From the human T2T-CHM13v2.0 reference genome, Homo sapiens, in NCBI RefSeq assembly GCF_009914755.1, contig NC_060925.1: DNA of 64,000 nucleotides, one strand, 5' to 3'. The notes beneath the pieces are model-generated. The model made no database searches and was not told where the DNA came from. It saw only the letters and a list, made by a program, of their open reading frames with translations. Of the stretch, positions 28,788 through 42,765 are shown in pieces. Numbering within the stretch: position 1 is the stretch's first letter; each line of letters opens with the position of its first letter. The position numbers and the translations under genes were made by a program.

Positions 28788-29808
28788 TTATCACTATTCA
28801 CTCGATGCTTTTTACCTTTCATTGCATAGTTTTTATTTATTTTTCGGAATGAATTTTAGACAGTGTATTAGGCTTTACCTCTAGTCACCAAATCTCTCTT
28901 CAGCTGAGTCTAGTATGCTAATCTCATCTCCAGAAATTTTTATTTTTGTTACTTTTTTTCGTGTTTTTTAACTTCAATATTTTATTTCTAAAATTTCTAT
29001 TTTATTTCCATTTTTTCCAAATATCCATGCCATATTTTATAGTTTTTAATGCCTTGATTCATTCTCTTCTTTATTTTTTAGTTATGATAAACATAAATAC
29101 ACAGCTGATATTTCCAATAAAAGAATTGCTCATTGCTCTGATTCTGTTGTTTAGTTGTTGTTCAGACTCTCAGTCACATTGACTTTCTCATTTTTCATAG
29201 AATTTATTGAAGAATTTGTATTCATTGCTGCTTTGCATGTTGAATACCATAAGATTTAGTTTGAGGCTTGAATTATTGACAGAGAACTCTGCTTGCTTCA
29301 GTCAGACACAGAGGGCACTAAGCCATTTGGCACTACCTTAAATTCATATCTAAATTTATAGTTATTTGGATTGTGATATGGAATCCAACCCACATCCTAT
29401 GTAAAATCTGGTTGTTATAAATTTGCAAGGATATCTTGTCTTTCAAAGGAAGATTTTAGTCTAGTTTATCCTTTCACTGGAGGTAGGGATCTTTGAGGAT
29501 CTCAGTTTTATACTGAGGTCACTCTGCACTACTGCAGTTTTCCATATTGTACGCTCATGTGTTTGTATATTGTCCGCTGATGAATTTTTTTTTAAAAGAA
29601 GGAAACAAACAACCTCTGAAATGTCCTGAGATATTCAAGAACCTCATAGTTGCTACTGGCTTTGACTTACTTCCGTTCTATATTTGTCTTCATCTTGCTC
29701 ATTTGTTGTTTGTAATTTCCTTTTCTGTCTTTCAAATTTACTCCCATATTTTAAAATATATGTATCACCATGTTTTATCATATATTTAGGTACTTTATAG
29801 GAAGAAGG

Positions 29809-30264
29809 TGTATTAGTCAGGATTCTACAGAGGGACAAAACCAATAGGATAGGTGTATATATAAAGGGGAGTTTATTAAGGAGTACTGAATCACAGGATC
29901 ACAAGGTGAGTTGCCATAATAGGCTGGCTGCAAGCTGAGGAGCAAGGAAGCCAGTCTGAGTCTCAAAGCTGAAGAACCTGGAGTTTGATGTTTGACAGCA
30001 GGAAGCATCAAGCATGGGAGAAAGATGTAGGCTAGAAGACAAAACCAGTCTAGTCTTTCTGCAGTTTTCTCCCTGCTTTTATTCTGGCTGTGTTGCCAGC
30101 TGATTAAATTGTGCTCACCCAGATTGAAGGTCTGGGAAAAGTCTGCTTTTCCCAGTCAACTGATTCAAATGTTAATATTTGGCAACACCTTAACAGACAC
30201 ACCCAAGAACAATACTTTGGATCCTTCAATCCAATCAAGTTGACACTCAATATTAACTGTCACA
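29809..30264 (-). mobile_element. MLT2A2-like LTR (HERV-L 3' LTR)
   Basis: tgtattagtcagg.ttct..agagggac...caagttgacactcaatattaac..tcaca, directly adjoining HERV-L internal sequence. Confidence 0.88.
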
Positions 30265-32511
30265 AGTCCACCCTTTGTCAACTTGAACCCACACACATCT
30301 CCTGATATCATGCCTAATCTTCAAATAAAGACAATAATAAGGTCATAATTATGGCTAACATAATACAGCTATTCCTTGTGCAATTGGAAATGAGCCAACC
30401 CCCAACCCAATTGCAATTCCATAATGTTAACATTGAAATGCTGATATGAAGTCAATAAATCTTATGTCACATGACAAAAGAAAAAGAAGGAAACAAAATG
30501 AAGGTATTTTCTTGGTACAACTGTATACATGCACAAATATGTTCTTAACAAAATAAGGAGGAGATACTCATGACAATTATATTTCTTGTTTCTGCAACTG
30601 GTCATGTGGTAGTATCTGGTATGGATGACTACCTTCCTCTACTGTGCATGCTATATTCCCTTTGCCTTCAGCAAGCAACTCAGCAGGTGGTGGTTTTTTA
30701 CCTGCTGAAGTGACCCAAACTTCCATTCTGGAAGTGTCTGGGCCATTTGTAGTCCTGCTTGGATTGGGCTGTTGTAGTCTCTCATTGACCTTAATCACAT
30801 GGCAGGGTAATGGTAAGAGATGCCCTAATGAATCTCCTGTATTCCACAAATATTCTTCCTTACCTCTATTGTGAAACAGTAGATTGATTTCATCTTGATA
30901 ATCCAGGTCAATCACCCCAGCTAACACTGTAACTCCCTTTTTAGCCGTTTTACTTAGAGGTAGGAGGAGCCCAAAGTGGCCAGGTGGCAATCTTGACTTC
31001 CAGATTTGTTGTGTCTCCCGGTAACAGTGTTCATCCCTCTGGAACTAAGACCTCTAAGCCGGCAGAACTAATGTCATGGAAACAGGAAGCAAAAATTGTG
31101 CTAATGGATCACTAGGAGTGATGGTGAGTGGTGCCACTTCCACTTCCACCCCTTGCTTCCTGGACCCATGAATCCTGGCTATGGGAGAAACAGTACCATA
31201 TACTGTATGCTGATTCAAAGCATACACAGCCTTCTGGGGAACTCTGCCCCAGCCCTGCAAAGTATTGTTGCATAGTTGGTATTGTAATTGTGACTTTAAA
31301 AGGCCATTACTCTTGTATCAATCCAGCTGCTTCTGGATTGATAGGATGACAGGGAACATGGTAAGACCAGTGAATTCCATGAGCATGAGCCCCCTGCTGC
31401 ACTTCTTTAGCTGTAAAGTGAGCGCTTTGGTCAGAGGCAATGCCATGTAGAACACCGTGATGGTGGATAAGGCATTCCATGTGGCCACAGATGGCAGTCT
31501 TGACAGAAGCATTGGGTGTAGGATAAGCAAACCCATATCCGGAGCATCTATTCTGCTGAGGACAAACTGCTGCCTTTTCCATGTTGGACGAGGTCCAATA
31601 TAATCAACCTGCCACTAGGTAGCTGGCTACCTAGTGGATACCTAGTGGATACCATCACCCTGAAGGATGGTATCATATGGAGGGCACAGTGTTGGTCTCT
31701 GCTGCTTGCAAATTGGGCACTGAGCAATGGCTGTAGCCAGGTCAGCCTTGGTGAGTAGAAGTCTATGTTGCTGAGCCCATGTGTAACTTTCATCCCTGCT
31801 ACCATGACCACTTTGTTCGTGGGCCCATTGAATGATGACAAGGATGGCTGAGGAAAGAGGTTGAGTGGTGTCCACAGAACAGGTCATCCTATCCTTCCAC
31901 TTGATTATTAAAATCCTCCTCTGCTGAGGTCAACCTTTGGTGGGCACTCACATGAGATACAATATCTTCACACTTTGTGATCAATCAGAGTGATCCATCC
32001 TCATAAGTCTTCCCCAAATTTCTTTGTCACCAATTTTCCAATCACGCTTCTTCCAAGTCCCTTACCATCTGACCAAACCACTGGCGACAGCCCATGAATC
32101 AGTATATAATCACGCATCTGGCCATTTCTTTTTCCAAGGAAAGTGCACAAAGGGGAGCACTGCTCGAAGTTCTGCCCACTGGGAAGATTTCACTTCACCA
32201 CTGTCCTTCAGAGATGTCCTAGAAAGGGGCTACAGTGCTGCAGCTGTCCACTTTTGGGTGGTACCTGCATATTGTGCAGAGCCATCTGTAAACCAGGCCC
32301 TTGTCTCCTCTTCCTCTGTCATAGGGAACTCCTATGTCATAGGGAACTCCCTGTGAGGCGATCAGTGCAGGCTGGGGGACAGACGGCAAGGCGGCAGGAG
32401 TGGGGACCATGGGCATTTGAGCCACTTCCTCATGTAACTTACTTGTGCCCTCAGGACCTGCCTGAGCCCGATCACATATATACTGCTTCCATTTGATGAT
32501 GGAATGCTGCT
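30265..32511 (-). pseudogene. HERV-L internal 3' half: RNase H, integrase and dUTPase remnants (frameshifted)
   Basis: ORF track: PPGHFGLLLPLS..GVTVLAGVID (dUTPase, 30577-30990); GIASDQSAHFTA (integrase core); WAHEQSGH...CPIC (integrase zinc finger). Confidence 0.92.
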
Positions 32512-32517
32512 ATTTAC

Positions 32518-32888
32518 TGTATTAGTCTGTTTTTGGGCTGCTGATAAACATGTACCTGAGACTGAGTGATTTATAAAGAAAAAGAGGTTTAATGGACTTA
32601 CAGTTCTGCGTGGCTGGGGAAGCCTCACAATCACAGCAGAAGGTGAAAGGCAGGTCTTACATGGCAGAAGACAGGAGAGAAATGAGAACCAAGTGGAAGG
32701 GGTTTCCCCTTATAAAACCATCAGATCTCGTGAGACTTATTCACTACCATGAGAACAGTATGGGGAAATCTGCCCCCATGATTCAATTATCTGCCATCAG
32801 GTCACTCCCACAACAGGTGGGAATTATGAGAGCTACAATTCAAGATGAGATTTTGAGATTTGGGTGGGGACACAGCCAAACTATATCA
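32518..32888 (-). mobile_element. THE1B-like LTR followed by 6 nt of THE1 internal start (GTAAAT, 32512-32517)
   Basis: tgtattagtc...gaggtttaatggac..acagttc...accatcagatctcgtgagacttattcactac...cagccaaac.atatca. Confidence 0.92.
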
Positions 32889-33084
32889 GTAGGTTTACTG
32901 GATAGTCTATAAGATAGGGGAAAATGTGTCAACTGCACTTTACATAAGAAACAAAAACATGTTTAATTTAATGGCTTTAAAAATAGTCAATTATAAATCT
33001 CAGGATGCTTTGAGTGAGCATTGTGAGCTGGGACCCACCCACAAAGTTGGGTGTGATATTGAAAATTCTGTTTTGGGATGGATC

Positions 33085-33727
33085 CTTTAACAAAGGAGAT
33101 TAACAGAGCCAGAGCTCTGGACCAGCAATCTTGGCTCTTGTGATAGTCAGCATTGCAAATTAATACCACAATGCAAGCTCAAATCAAAGTTTACTGAAGC
33201 ATAGCAATACACTCTCAAAGGAGAGTGGGCGGATTTCTGCGAAGCAAAATCAGCTCCTCTTTACAGAGCTCAGGCGCTTTTATGGCATTTTTGAGGAGGA
33301 GTTGAGTTTTGGGCTGTGTCTGAGTGACAGGATCATGTTATTTGATTGGCAGTTTATGATTATATAACTGAAGCTAAACTGTGTGTGTTCCTATCCATAA
33401 TTCATACAGAAAAGCCCACTCAGGAGCTAGGAGGTAAAACCATCTGTAAGTTTTTCTATAATGATGTATGATGAGTTTGGGGTGGCCTTGAGGATACAAT
33501 TTTATGTTATTGGGCATTTGTTACTTTAGGGAATTTCCACCTGTGCCCTAGTTTCTCCTTCTACAGGATGTGCTGGCCACAGACTTTTCCACAAACTCCA
33601 TCCGTTAGAGTGGAGTTAGGGCTGTTTGGCAGCTGAATTTAGGTGGGCTGGGGGCTCTTCATGACAGCTTTTCTGCTCTCCTTTCTCACCCTTTCCTTGC
33701 TGCTAATGTCTATCTAACTACCTGACA
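33085..33727 (-). mobile_element. ERV1-class (MER4-group) solo LTR, subfamily uncertain
   Basis: The minus strand starts TGTCAGGTAGTTAGATAGAC; overall LTR-like composition. Confidence 0.55.
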
Positions 33728-33799
33728 GGTGAGCTTACCTAGGAAGTTCTGGAGGGTTCTTTTGATGTATCAGCTAAACTCAATAGCAGCAAGAGGGAG

Positions 33800-34288
33800 T
33801 GTTCTTAAAATTCTAGGTGTTCATTCTAGGTCCTTCTGCTCACTACACAAAAAGCCAATCTCTGACACAATGAGTATTGTCAGGGAAGAAGGCTTTAATT
33901 GTGTGCTGCAGCCAAGGAAATGAGAGATCAGTCTCAAATCCATCTCCTTGGTCAACTAAAATCAGGGGCTTCTATAGCAAGGAAGAAATGTGACTACATG
34001 CAGCAAAACAGAAATTAGGGAGGAGAAAGGAAGAGGACTTGGTCAATAGGAAGGAGGTAGTCAGGCAATCGTGATGGATGAGGGGTCTGGTGTCTTATTG
34101 TCCAGATGTGATGATCTGGTAAGTTTCAATTCCTTGATACTGTCTGTGGAGGCCTGATGGTTGGTTTCCTGAGAAGGGAACCCAGATAAAAAAACTGTGA
34201 CTTTCTCAAACTTTAAGATTGAGAAGATAAATTTCTATGTTTATTCAAATAAACCATAAACATCAGTTAAATGGGACAGTTGGTTTCA
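33800..34288 (-). mobile_element. ERV1 solo LTR (LTR26-like)
   Basis: tctaggtcc..ctgctc..aaagccaatc.ctga.ac..gagtattg.cagggaagaaggctttaat; ends gtttca. Confidence 0.65.
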
Positions 34289-35660
34289 ATAGCAAGGCTA
34301 TTGAAAAAGAATTTTTTAAGCTATCGATCCCATCATGTTGCCTATTATCCCACTGGTCACGGTAATTAACATAGTTAAGTACAGAGTCTACAGTTAATTA
34401 AAAAGACTCCATCCCCTTTAGGAGGAGCTAAACTATCATTGAAAAAATGCCTCCATACAGATAGGGGAAGAAATCATTGCTAGATTTGCAATTTGCCTCC
34501 AAAATGAAATTTCTTTATTATTGATTTAAAGGTAACATTTCTCTTTACTTGACATTTATGCCACTCTTTAAAATTATTAAAATAATAATTATTAGTCACG
34601 TAATGATCTTGAAAGAATAACATAGGCTTGTAAGCTAGTTAAAACTCCATAAGGATAGATGAATACCATATTGTTAATGTAATATTATTTTAAATGAGGA
34701 AATGTTTACATATGTATTTTACAAAACTTTCAATTAAAATAATTTTTTAAAATATATATTACATTCTGTTGTCAAAATTTGGTCAGATTACATATTCTGA
34801 AAAGCATACTAATTCTTAAATAAACATATATAATAAACTAAATGAAAATAAAAAATGATAAACAAAATTAAGCCTATTCATTAGTTATAAAAAGTGGAAT
34901 GAAAGGTTCAAATCAGGGATAGACCCAAAGGGACTCCAAATTAATGATAATAATTTGTTGCTTAAGCTGGACAGTCAGTACCTGAGAGCCCATTGTGTGT
35001 TTTATGGTAAAATATAACATTGCAGTATTGCGGTATAATAAGACATTGATTTTGTTTACAATACATGTTACTGAGTCAAATGGGGAGCCACATTGAAAAG
35101 TTTGATTCTTTACCCATAGTTCAAATCACATGCAAGACAAACTCTGGTAAAATTGTTAATATGGATATTAAAATAAAATAGTGTTGCTAAGACAAAAATA
35201 ATATTTTCATGACCTTCAGATAGGTATATTTTATGATCATTTTAATTTGTATTTTCTCTTTCAGTTATTTTTAATGTTTAATTTATATAAATTTGCTTTA
35301 TTTTGTTTGAGTGTACCTGAGTAGATTTTCTGTTAGCTTCTTACTAGTATTTAGTCATTTCTCATAGTTACTAAATAATAGTGTGTGGAGAGTTGGATGG
35401 AATATTATGTCAGAGCAGAAAATTGTAAAGGAATTTCAACAAGCCTCAACTTAAGTCTTACATAAATAAAAGTATATTATGTAACAATATTAAATGCATC
35501 TACGAAAAGGAGAGTTTAGCGATGAAGTCAGAAGAAAAAAATATTGCATTTTAGTAATTCCGACTATAGTTTTGTAATATCTTGAACCAAAATTCTTGAT
35601 GACTTCAATAATGTTTATACTATCTTCACCTGATCAGAGGCCACATTTTCTTTTTCAGTC

Positions 35661-36125
35661 TGTTATTAACTTTTACTGCTGCTGTTAACGAATTGTCACG
35701 AATTTCATGGCTTAAAGCAACACAAACTTATTCTTCTACAGTTTCAGAGGCCAGAAGCCTGAAATTAGTTCCACTGGGCTAAAGTCAAGGTGTTGGCATG
35801 CTGGTTCCTTCTGGAGCACTAGAGGCAACATGTTTCCATGCTTTCGCCACCTTCTGGAGGCCATCTGTATTCCTTGGCTTGTGTCCCTTTCCTTCGTCTT
35901 CCGATTATATAACTCCAATCTCTGCTTCCATTATCACATCACCTCTTCTGACTCCTTTTATGTCTCATATTTTGATTACATCAGGTAAACTTTGATAATC
36001 AAGACTATTCCAGGTAACCCATCCAAAGAGCTTTAACATAACAACAAATACAAAGCAGCGTTCATAGAACCAGTGATTAGGACATGGACATCTTTGTGGG
36101 GAGGGAGAGCATTATTCAGCCTACT
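35661..36125 (-). mobile_element. MLT1C/D-type LTR
   Basis: ggcttaaagcaacacaaa.ttatt..tacagttt.agaggccagaagcctgaaat. Confidence 0.8.
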
Positions 36126-37332
36126 ATCTTCAAAAAAAATTATTCTGCATATTGCAAATGAAAAACAAAGAAAAATTTTGTGTATGTTGGTTTTTAGAGC
36201 AGCATTAGTCTTGGTCAAGATTAGCCTCAACATTATGATTTTTAACAAACTAATTATTTAAATAAAATATCTGCAACTGTTGTTAAAGCATGTGAAATAA
36301 TTACCTTGATGTATGAACCTGGAAATAATTCTGTAAAACTAATCTTAGTTTTTAAATATAATTTCACTTTAATGCTGCAAGCTTATAGATTATCTACTGC
36401 CTAAACAAAACTGTGAACAAATAGGCAGAAATAATAAAACAGGAAACAAAAAAGGTGTTACAATGATGGCAAAGAGAATGAAGGATTTGGCTATGAACTG
36501 CTCTTTTAGTTGGTATTTTTCAATCGGATTAAATAGGGACTCCAAGGGCAGCATCCATAAAAGCTATTATTTAAGCATTAAATTATAATTCTACTTCAAA
36601 AACATTTTGGGGACTTAAACAGAAAGAGTGCTGAAGTCTGAAAAAAAATTTATATCAGTGTCAGTTGAGAAACTTAAGGAAAGTTATATCAGCTTTCAAA
36701 TTTCAACGATTTCACTCACAAATCTCTACTAAATTTAACTACATTTTCAGTTTCTTAATTGCAAGTCTTAACAGAAGGAACTAACACTTCAGAAAATAAG
36801 AATCAGAAGTCAGTAAAAATGAATAACCCTGAAATAAATATAAAATATCTAAGTGTTCAGGACCTATGTTTGAACAAATATAAAACCTGTTTCAGGATTT
36901 AAAAATACATAAAGGAAATGCAATGTTGTTTAGGATTGGAACACTCAATGTTGTAAAGATTTTATCTCTCTAAATTAACTCATAAATACAAAATATTTTT
37001 ATTAAAACTGTTATAGGATGTTTTAAAGTTGAGTAAAATATGGCCACAATTCATTCAGACAACGAAAAAGTAAGAAGAGGTTAGACAAATACTTTGATGT
37101 GACAAAATGTCATTTTCTTTAACAGATATTCATACTCAATATCCATCACGTTACACACTTGCAGAAATAGAATGACAAATCGAATTAAAAAGAAATTCAA
37201 ACCAGACTCAGGAATACATAGGAATGTAATGCATAATTCCCTATAAATTTACTAAGTAACAAAAGTATCTTAACATTTGTAAATTAAAATGATTATGTAA
37301 AAAATTAAATAGCTGTTTGAACAAAAATCCTG

Positions 37333-37765
37333 TGTGATGGTTAATTTTATACATTTACTTAACTGAGCCACCAGGTGCCCAGATATTTAGTTAAATATTA
37401 TTCTGAGTATGCCTGTGAGAGTGTTAATGGATGAGATTAACTTTTGAATTTGTAGTCTGAGTAAAGTAGACTGCCCTCCCTGATGTTGGTAAGTCTCATC
37501 TAAATCATTGAAGGACTGTATAGAGCAAAAAATATATAATAAGGTAGAATGTACTACATCAACCTGACTGTGTTCAAGCTGGGACACTGGTCTTTTCCTG
37601 CCTTTGAACTCAGGCTTTGGAAATTACATAATCAGCTATCCTGGAGTTCATTCAGATTCAGACTGTAATTACATCATCAGCTTTCCAGCCTGTGTATTTC
37701 TACATCTAAATATAGATAGAGATATATATTTTTTGTTGTTTCTCTGGAAAACCCTGACTTATCCA
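37333..37765 (+). mobile_element. MLT2B/D-type solo LTR
   Basis: tgtgatggttaattttat...tgcccagatattt.gttaaa.attattctg...ctctggaaaaccctgac. Confidence 0.8.
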
Positions 37766-37831
37766 GCCTAAGAACTTTTTTTAGATGCAATTACATCGTT
37801 TGTTCATTTAAAAAAAATACTATTTAAAATA

Positions 37832-38686
37832 CAGTTGACCCTTGGATGAAGCTGCAGTTAGAGGGGGTAACACTTGGTGCAGTTAAAGATCCACATATAA
37901 GTTTTGACTCTCTAAAAACTTAACTATGAGTGCCCTATTCTTGACTGAAAGTCTTATTGATAACACAGCTAATTAGTACATATTTTATGTTATATATATT
38001 ATATACTGTATTCTTACAATAAAGTAAGCTAAAGAAAAGGAAATGTTTTTAAGAAAATTGCAAGGAAGAGAAAATATATTTTCTATTTGTTAAATGGAAG
38101 TGAATCATCATAAAGGTCTTCATCCTCATTGTCTTCGTGTTGAGTAGGCTGAGGAGAACTGTGAGGTACCACCTTTTGCTGCTATAAGCAATTTACCTGA
38201 GAGAGGAACTTCTTAGGCAGAGGTAATTGGCATTTGAAGTAGATATCTACAACACTTGAGCTCACTGCAATAGCAACAATAGGCAGCTATGAAATTTCAA
38301 CAGTAGCACATTATGTACTACAGTTAATTTTATGCAGTTATGATTTAATACTGAATCTTTACTGTTGTTTACATTTCTCTCCATTCTGAATGGTGCCCAT
38401 GAAGAGTCTGTAAGTATTTGCGGGTAGGTTTTGACAAATTTTAACTTTTTATCATAAATGCATGGTTTTATGGTAGAATAAGACAAAATGGACTTGTACC
38501 TCCATATGTCTTATGCCTTATGGCATACCTATTTTTTCTTATTTTTGATATTACTAGGCTACACAATTTGTGAGCTTTTTTCAAATTGTTGCACATCTCC
38601 AAAAATTTTTCCAATATATTTACTGAAAAAAAATGTGTGTAAGTGGACCTGTGCATTTCAAACCCACATTGTTCAAGGGTCAACTG
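37832..38686. mobile_element. Tigger2-derived non-autonomous DNA transposon
   Basis: Terminal inverted repeats cagttgacccttg ... caagggtcaactg, with TA on the left. Confidence 0.88.
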
Positions 38687-39521
38687 CAGTAAAAATAAAT
38701 AAATAAATAAATAAAAGTTACAATCAACACAGGATTAATGTAATCTCAGCAATGACTACGGCCATCTAAAAACAGAGTAACTATATCTTCTTTTCTTTAA
38801 AGTTAACAAAATATATTAAGCTAGAAAAGAGCCATTTTAAAAGATCTCTCATACTAACTAATGTATACCGCTACCCACTCACATTTTATATATCAAATGC
38901 ATAGGTGTGTAATTCAAATAAAACCCATCAGTAGTGTAAGATAATTCGGTTTACAGTATAGGCTAGTTACCAACATATTTCTAGTGTGGGCTTACCTCTT
39001 GATAATAAGCCAAAGAATATCCAGTAAGAACTCACTTTCATTTCAGATTTATATAGCATGACTGAACAAAATACAACCAATATCAATGGGAAAGGAAAAA
39101 ATTAAAACCGTCCAAGTTACATATACATTTTTATATAAACTATATACAAGCATAAATGAAAAAGGAAGGAAGGAGAAAAAAGAAAAAGGAAGGTAATCAG
39201 ATAGATTAGAGTGCTCGCTCACTAAATAGATAGATGAATACAGAGAAGGAAGGAAGATGCTTACATTTTCATCAAGGGATGTTTCCACACTCTTCTTTAG
39301 CTCTATTAGAGTTACACAGTTGTAACCAGTAAAACAGATAATTTTATTCCCCATGCTATGGAAAACTAGAATCAATGGAATCAATGTCGAGGCTGTAATA
39401 GAACAGCAAGATGTGGGAACCGAACTTTTGTATCTCTATAGTACATACACTTCATACACTTATTTATTTGCTGATCTATATCAGCATTTTTAAACCAAAA
39501 ATTTTGTGCTGATTATTCTTT

Positions 39522-39655
39522 TGTGTGGTTCTCAACCTTGTCTACACATTAAAAAGAAGAATAATATATTTTAATATATCAATGTTTGTGCTCTATGCCA
39601 GACCAATTAAATCAGAATATCTGGTGAAAAGGCCCTGTCAAGAATATTTTTGAAC
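39522..39655. mobile_element. MER5-like fragment
   Basis: gtggttctcaacctt...ccagaccaattaaatcagaat. Confidence 0.55.
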
Positions 39656-39981
39656 TTTTAATTGATGTATATAATAAATGAATAAACAAGTACACACATC
39701 ATTCATATAATTGACATTTAATTTAAAATGTATGATAAGGAATTGTTTCAAAATTAACATTAACATTGTTTTTATGGTTAGAGTATAAAGAAAAAGACTG
39801 AACTACTTATGTTTTCCTGTCGTTTTCTATTCCCTTAAGATCAATTGAATTGAACATAAAGAGATCAAAATGACTCTAAAAGTTCAAATTAACTATATAG
39901 TGATAGTATATGCTAATTTTAATCTCATATTAGTAAAATTTTACATACTCATAGGCACACTAGCATAGAATTTGAAATATG

Positions 39982-40298
39982 GTCAGCTTTCCATATCCAT
40001 GGGTTCCACATCCATGAATTCAAACAACCAACCATGAATTGAAAATATTCAAAAGAAAATTGTATCTTCTCTGAACATATACAGACTTTTTTCTTGTCAT
40101 AATTCTCCAAACAATACAATAAAACAACTACTTGCACAGCATTTACATGTGTTAGGTATTATGCACAACCTAGAAATGATTTAAAATTTAAGAGAGGATG
40201 TGCATAAGTTATGTACAAATCCTATGCCATTTTATATCAGAGACTTGAGCATCCATGGATGTCTGATATTTTTAAGAGATCTTTGAACCAATTTAGGG
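39982..40298. mobile_element. MER2 (Tigger family)
   Basis: atccatgggttccacatcc..gaattcaa.caacc...gacttgagcatcc. Confidence 0.8.
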
Positions 40299-40349
40299 AT
40301 TTTGTTATATAATACATAATACATAATAAGGTTGTAGTGTCTCTTGTGA

Positions 40350-40512
40350 CATACAAAAATAATTTTGTAAGATGATAGGTATGTTATTCTGCTTAATCAC
40401 AGTAATCATTGTACTATCTATATGTATCTTTATAACTGTATGAATCCCATAACATTATGTTGGAAACCTCAAATGTATGCAATAAAAGAGTTAAAAAAAA
40501 AAAACTAAAACA
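40350..40512 (+). mobile_element. L1MA-type 3' terminal fragment with A-tail
   Basis: gtaagatgataggtatgtta...aataaaa followed by an A-tract. Confidence 0.6.
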
Positions 40513-41476
40513 AAGTTGACAAAAAGGTTAAATATCTTTAAAAATTTACATAATTATTGACTTATAGCATATATATCATAAAGTCCACATTAAAAGGGTA
40601 CAAATTGTACATGTGTACTAATTGATTATGTATTATATACATATATACACATATTATTTTTCTTATTAAAGACTACCAGATGAGTACATAGAATATTGAA
40701 ACCTTCCAAGATACAAGAAGTCTTCAATGTCCACTTCTTAGTCAAAATCCATGAATCAGAATTAACTAGTTTTCTGACTTCTATCACTCTAGATTACACT
40801 GTTTCTTTTTTTAAAAAAATCACATAAATTGAATTATATATTGTTTTATACCTGGCTTCTTTTGTTCAATATTATGCTTGTGAAATTTATTCATGAGTTT
40901 ACATAGATCAACCTATTTTTAATTGTAAGTTATTCCATTATTTGAGTATAATACAATTTGTTTATTCTATCTACTGCTTATGGACATTTCAGTGTCCACG
41001 TAAGCCAAGTAAACCAAAATGACACGGCAAAGATTCTGAAAATTAAACTATCATTGGACCCTCAGCCCACAAACTAGGCCAAGACTCACATGCTGAACCT
41101 AAACAGGGTGACTGCCTGATGAAATAAAATATTTAAATCAAATTCTGGGTGTCCTAACACAATAGACCAGATGTCTAAGATATATTTTTAAAAAATAAGC
41201 TCACACGTCTTAAAAAGAAATAAGCAAATCACAACTTGCATAAGTAAAGATAATCAACTGATGTTAACACCATGATGAATCAGATGCTGGTATTTTTTGA
41301 ACAAGAATTTTAAAGTAGAATCTGAGTTTCATAATAAAGGTTAGAAAATTGTCATACTATATAAAATACCAATGAAAAATCCTCAAATTTCTTCCACACA
41401 TGCATTTTAGCTATTTAATCACTTACAAATTAAAATACATATTTAAAAACTTTATCTGCCTAAAATAATATTATCG

Positions 41477-41770
41477 GGCTGGGCACGGTGGCTCACGCCT
41501 CTAATCTCAGCACTTTGGGAGGTCAAGACAGGTAGATCACAAAGTCAGGAGTTCGAGACCAGCCTGGCCAATATGGTGAAACACTGACCCTACTAAAAAT
41601 ACAGAAAAATTAGCCAGGCATGGTGGCACACGCTTGTAATCCACTTGGGAGGCTGAGGGAGGAGAATTGCTTGAACCTGGGAGGCGGAGGTTGCAGTGAG
41701 CCAAGATGGCGCCAGTGTACTCCAGTCTGGGTGACAGAGAGAGACTCGGTCTCAAAAAAAAGAAAAATAA
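41477..41770 (+). mobile_element. AluS
   Basis: ggctgggcacggtggctcacgcct...ctcaaaaaaa. Confidence 0.95.
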
Positions 41771-41771
41771 G

Positions 41772-42765
41772 CAAAGGATCTGAAGAGACATTTCTCAAAA
41801 GTTGAAATACAAATGACCAAAAGGTACATGGAAAAATGTTTCACATCATTAATTATCAAAACAATGAAAATTAAAACTACAATGACATATCATCTCACCC
41901 CAGTTCAAATGACTTTTATCCAAAAGACAGATAATGAATTGTGGAGAGGATTTGAAGAAAGGTAAACCCTCTTATGTTGTTGGTGATAATGCAAATTAGT
42001 ACAGCTACTATGAAGAACAGTATGAAGGTTCCTTAACAGAACTGAAAATGTAAGTGTTATATAATTTCAGCAATTCTACTGCTGGCTATGTGTATAAAAG
42101 AAAGGATATCAGTATATTAAAGAGAAAGGTGCACTCCCATGTTTACTGTGGGACTATTAGCAATAGCTAAGATATGGAATCTACTTATATATCCATTGAT
42201 GAAGAAATGGAAAAATAAAATGTGTTACATATACACAATGGAATATTATTCAATAATAAAAAGGAATGAAATTCTGTTATTTACAAGAACATGGGCACTA
42301 CTGGAAGGCATTATAAGTAAAGCAAGCTTGGCACAGAAAGATGAATATTGCATGTTCTCATTTACATGTAGGACCTAAAGCAAAACAGTGGAACTAAAAA
42401 CGAAAAATAGAACTCATGGAGGTAGACAGTAGAATGATGGTTACCAGAGGCTGAAAAAGAAGGGAAGCAGTTAAATGGAGGAGATTGTCAGTGGGTACAA
42501 AAATACAGTTAGATAGAATGACTAGTGTTAGGTGGCTCAATCTGGTGTCTGTAGTTAATAATTTATTGTACATTTCAAAATAACTATAAGTGAAATTGAA
42601 ATTTCCTAACACAATGAAATAATAAACCTTTGAGGTGATGTATACCTCTATTACCTGATTTGATCATTACACATGTTACACTTGAATCAAAAGGTCACAT
42701 GCAGTCCATAAATATAACAGCTATTATGTATCCAAAATAATTAAAAACAAAAAAAATAGAAATAA
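41772..42765 (+). mobile_element. L1MA-type ORF2 C-terminus and 3' UTR
   Basis: ORF 42139-42378 (LLAIAKIWN...YIYTMEYYS) resembles the ORF2 C-terminus; ends in an A-rich tail. Confidence 0.88.

Noticed and set aside
30577-30990. Domesticated HERV-L dUTPase gene
   Set aside because: The N-terminal part is out of frame, the surrounding pol is heavily disrupted, and there is no sign of selection.
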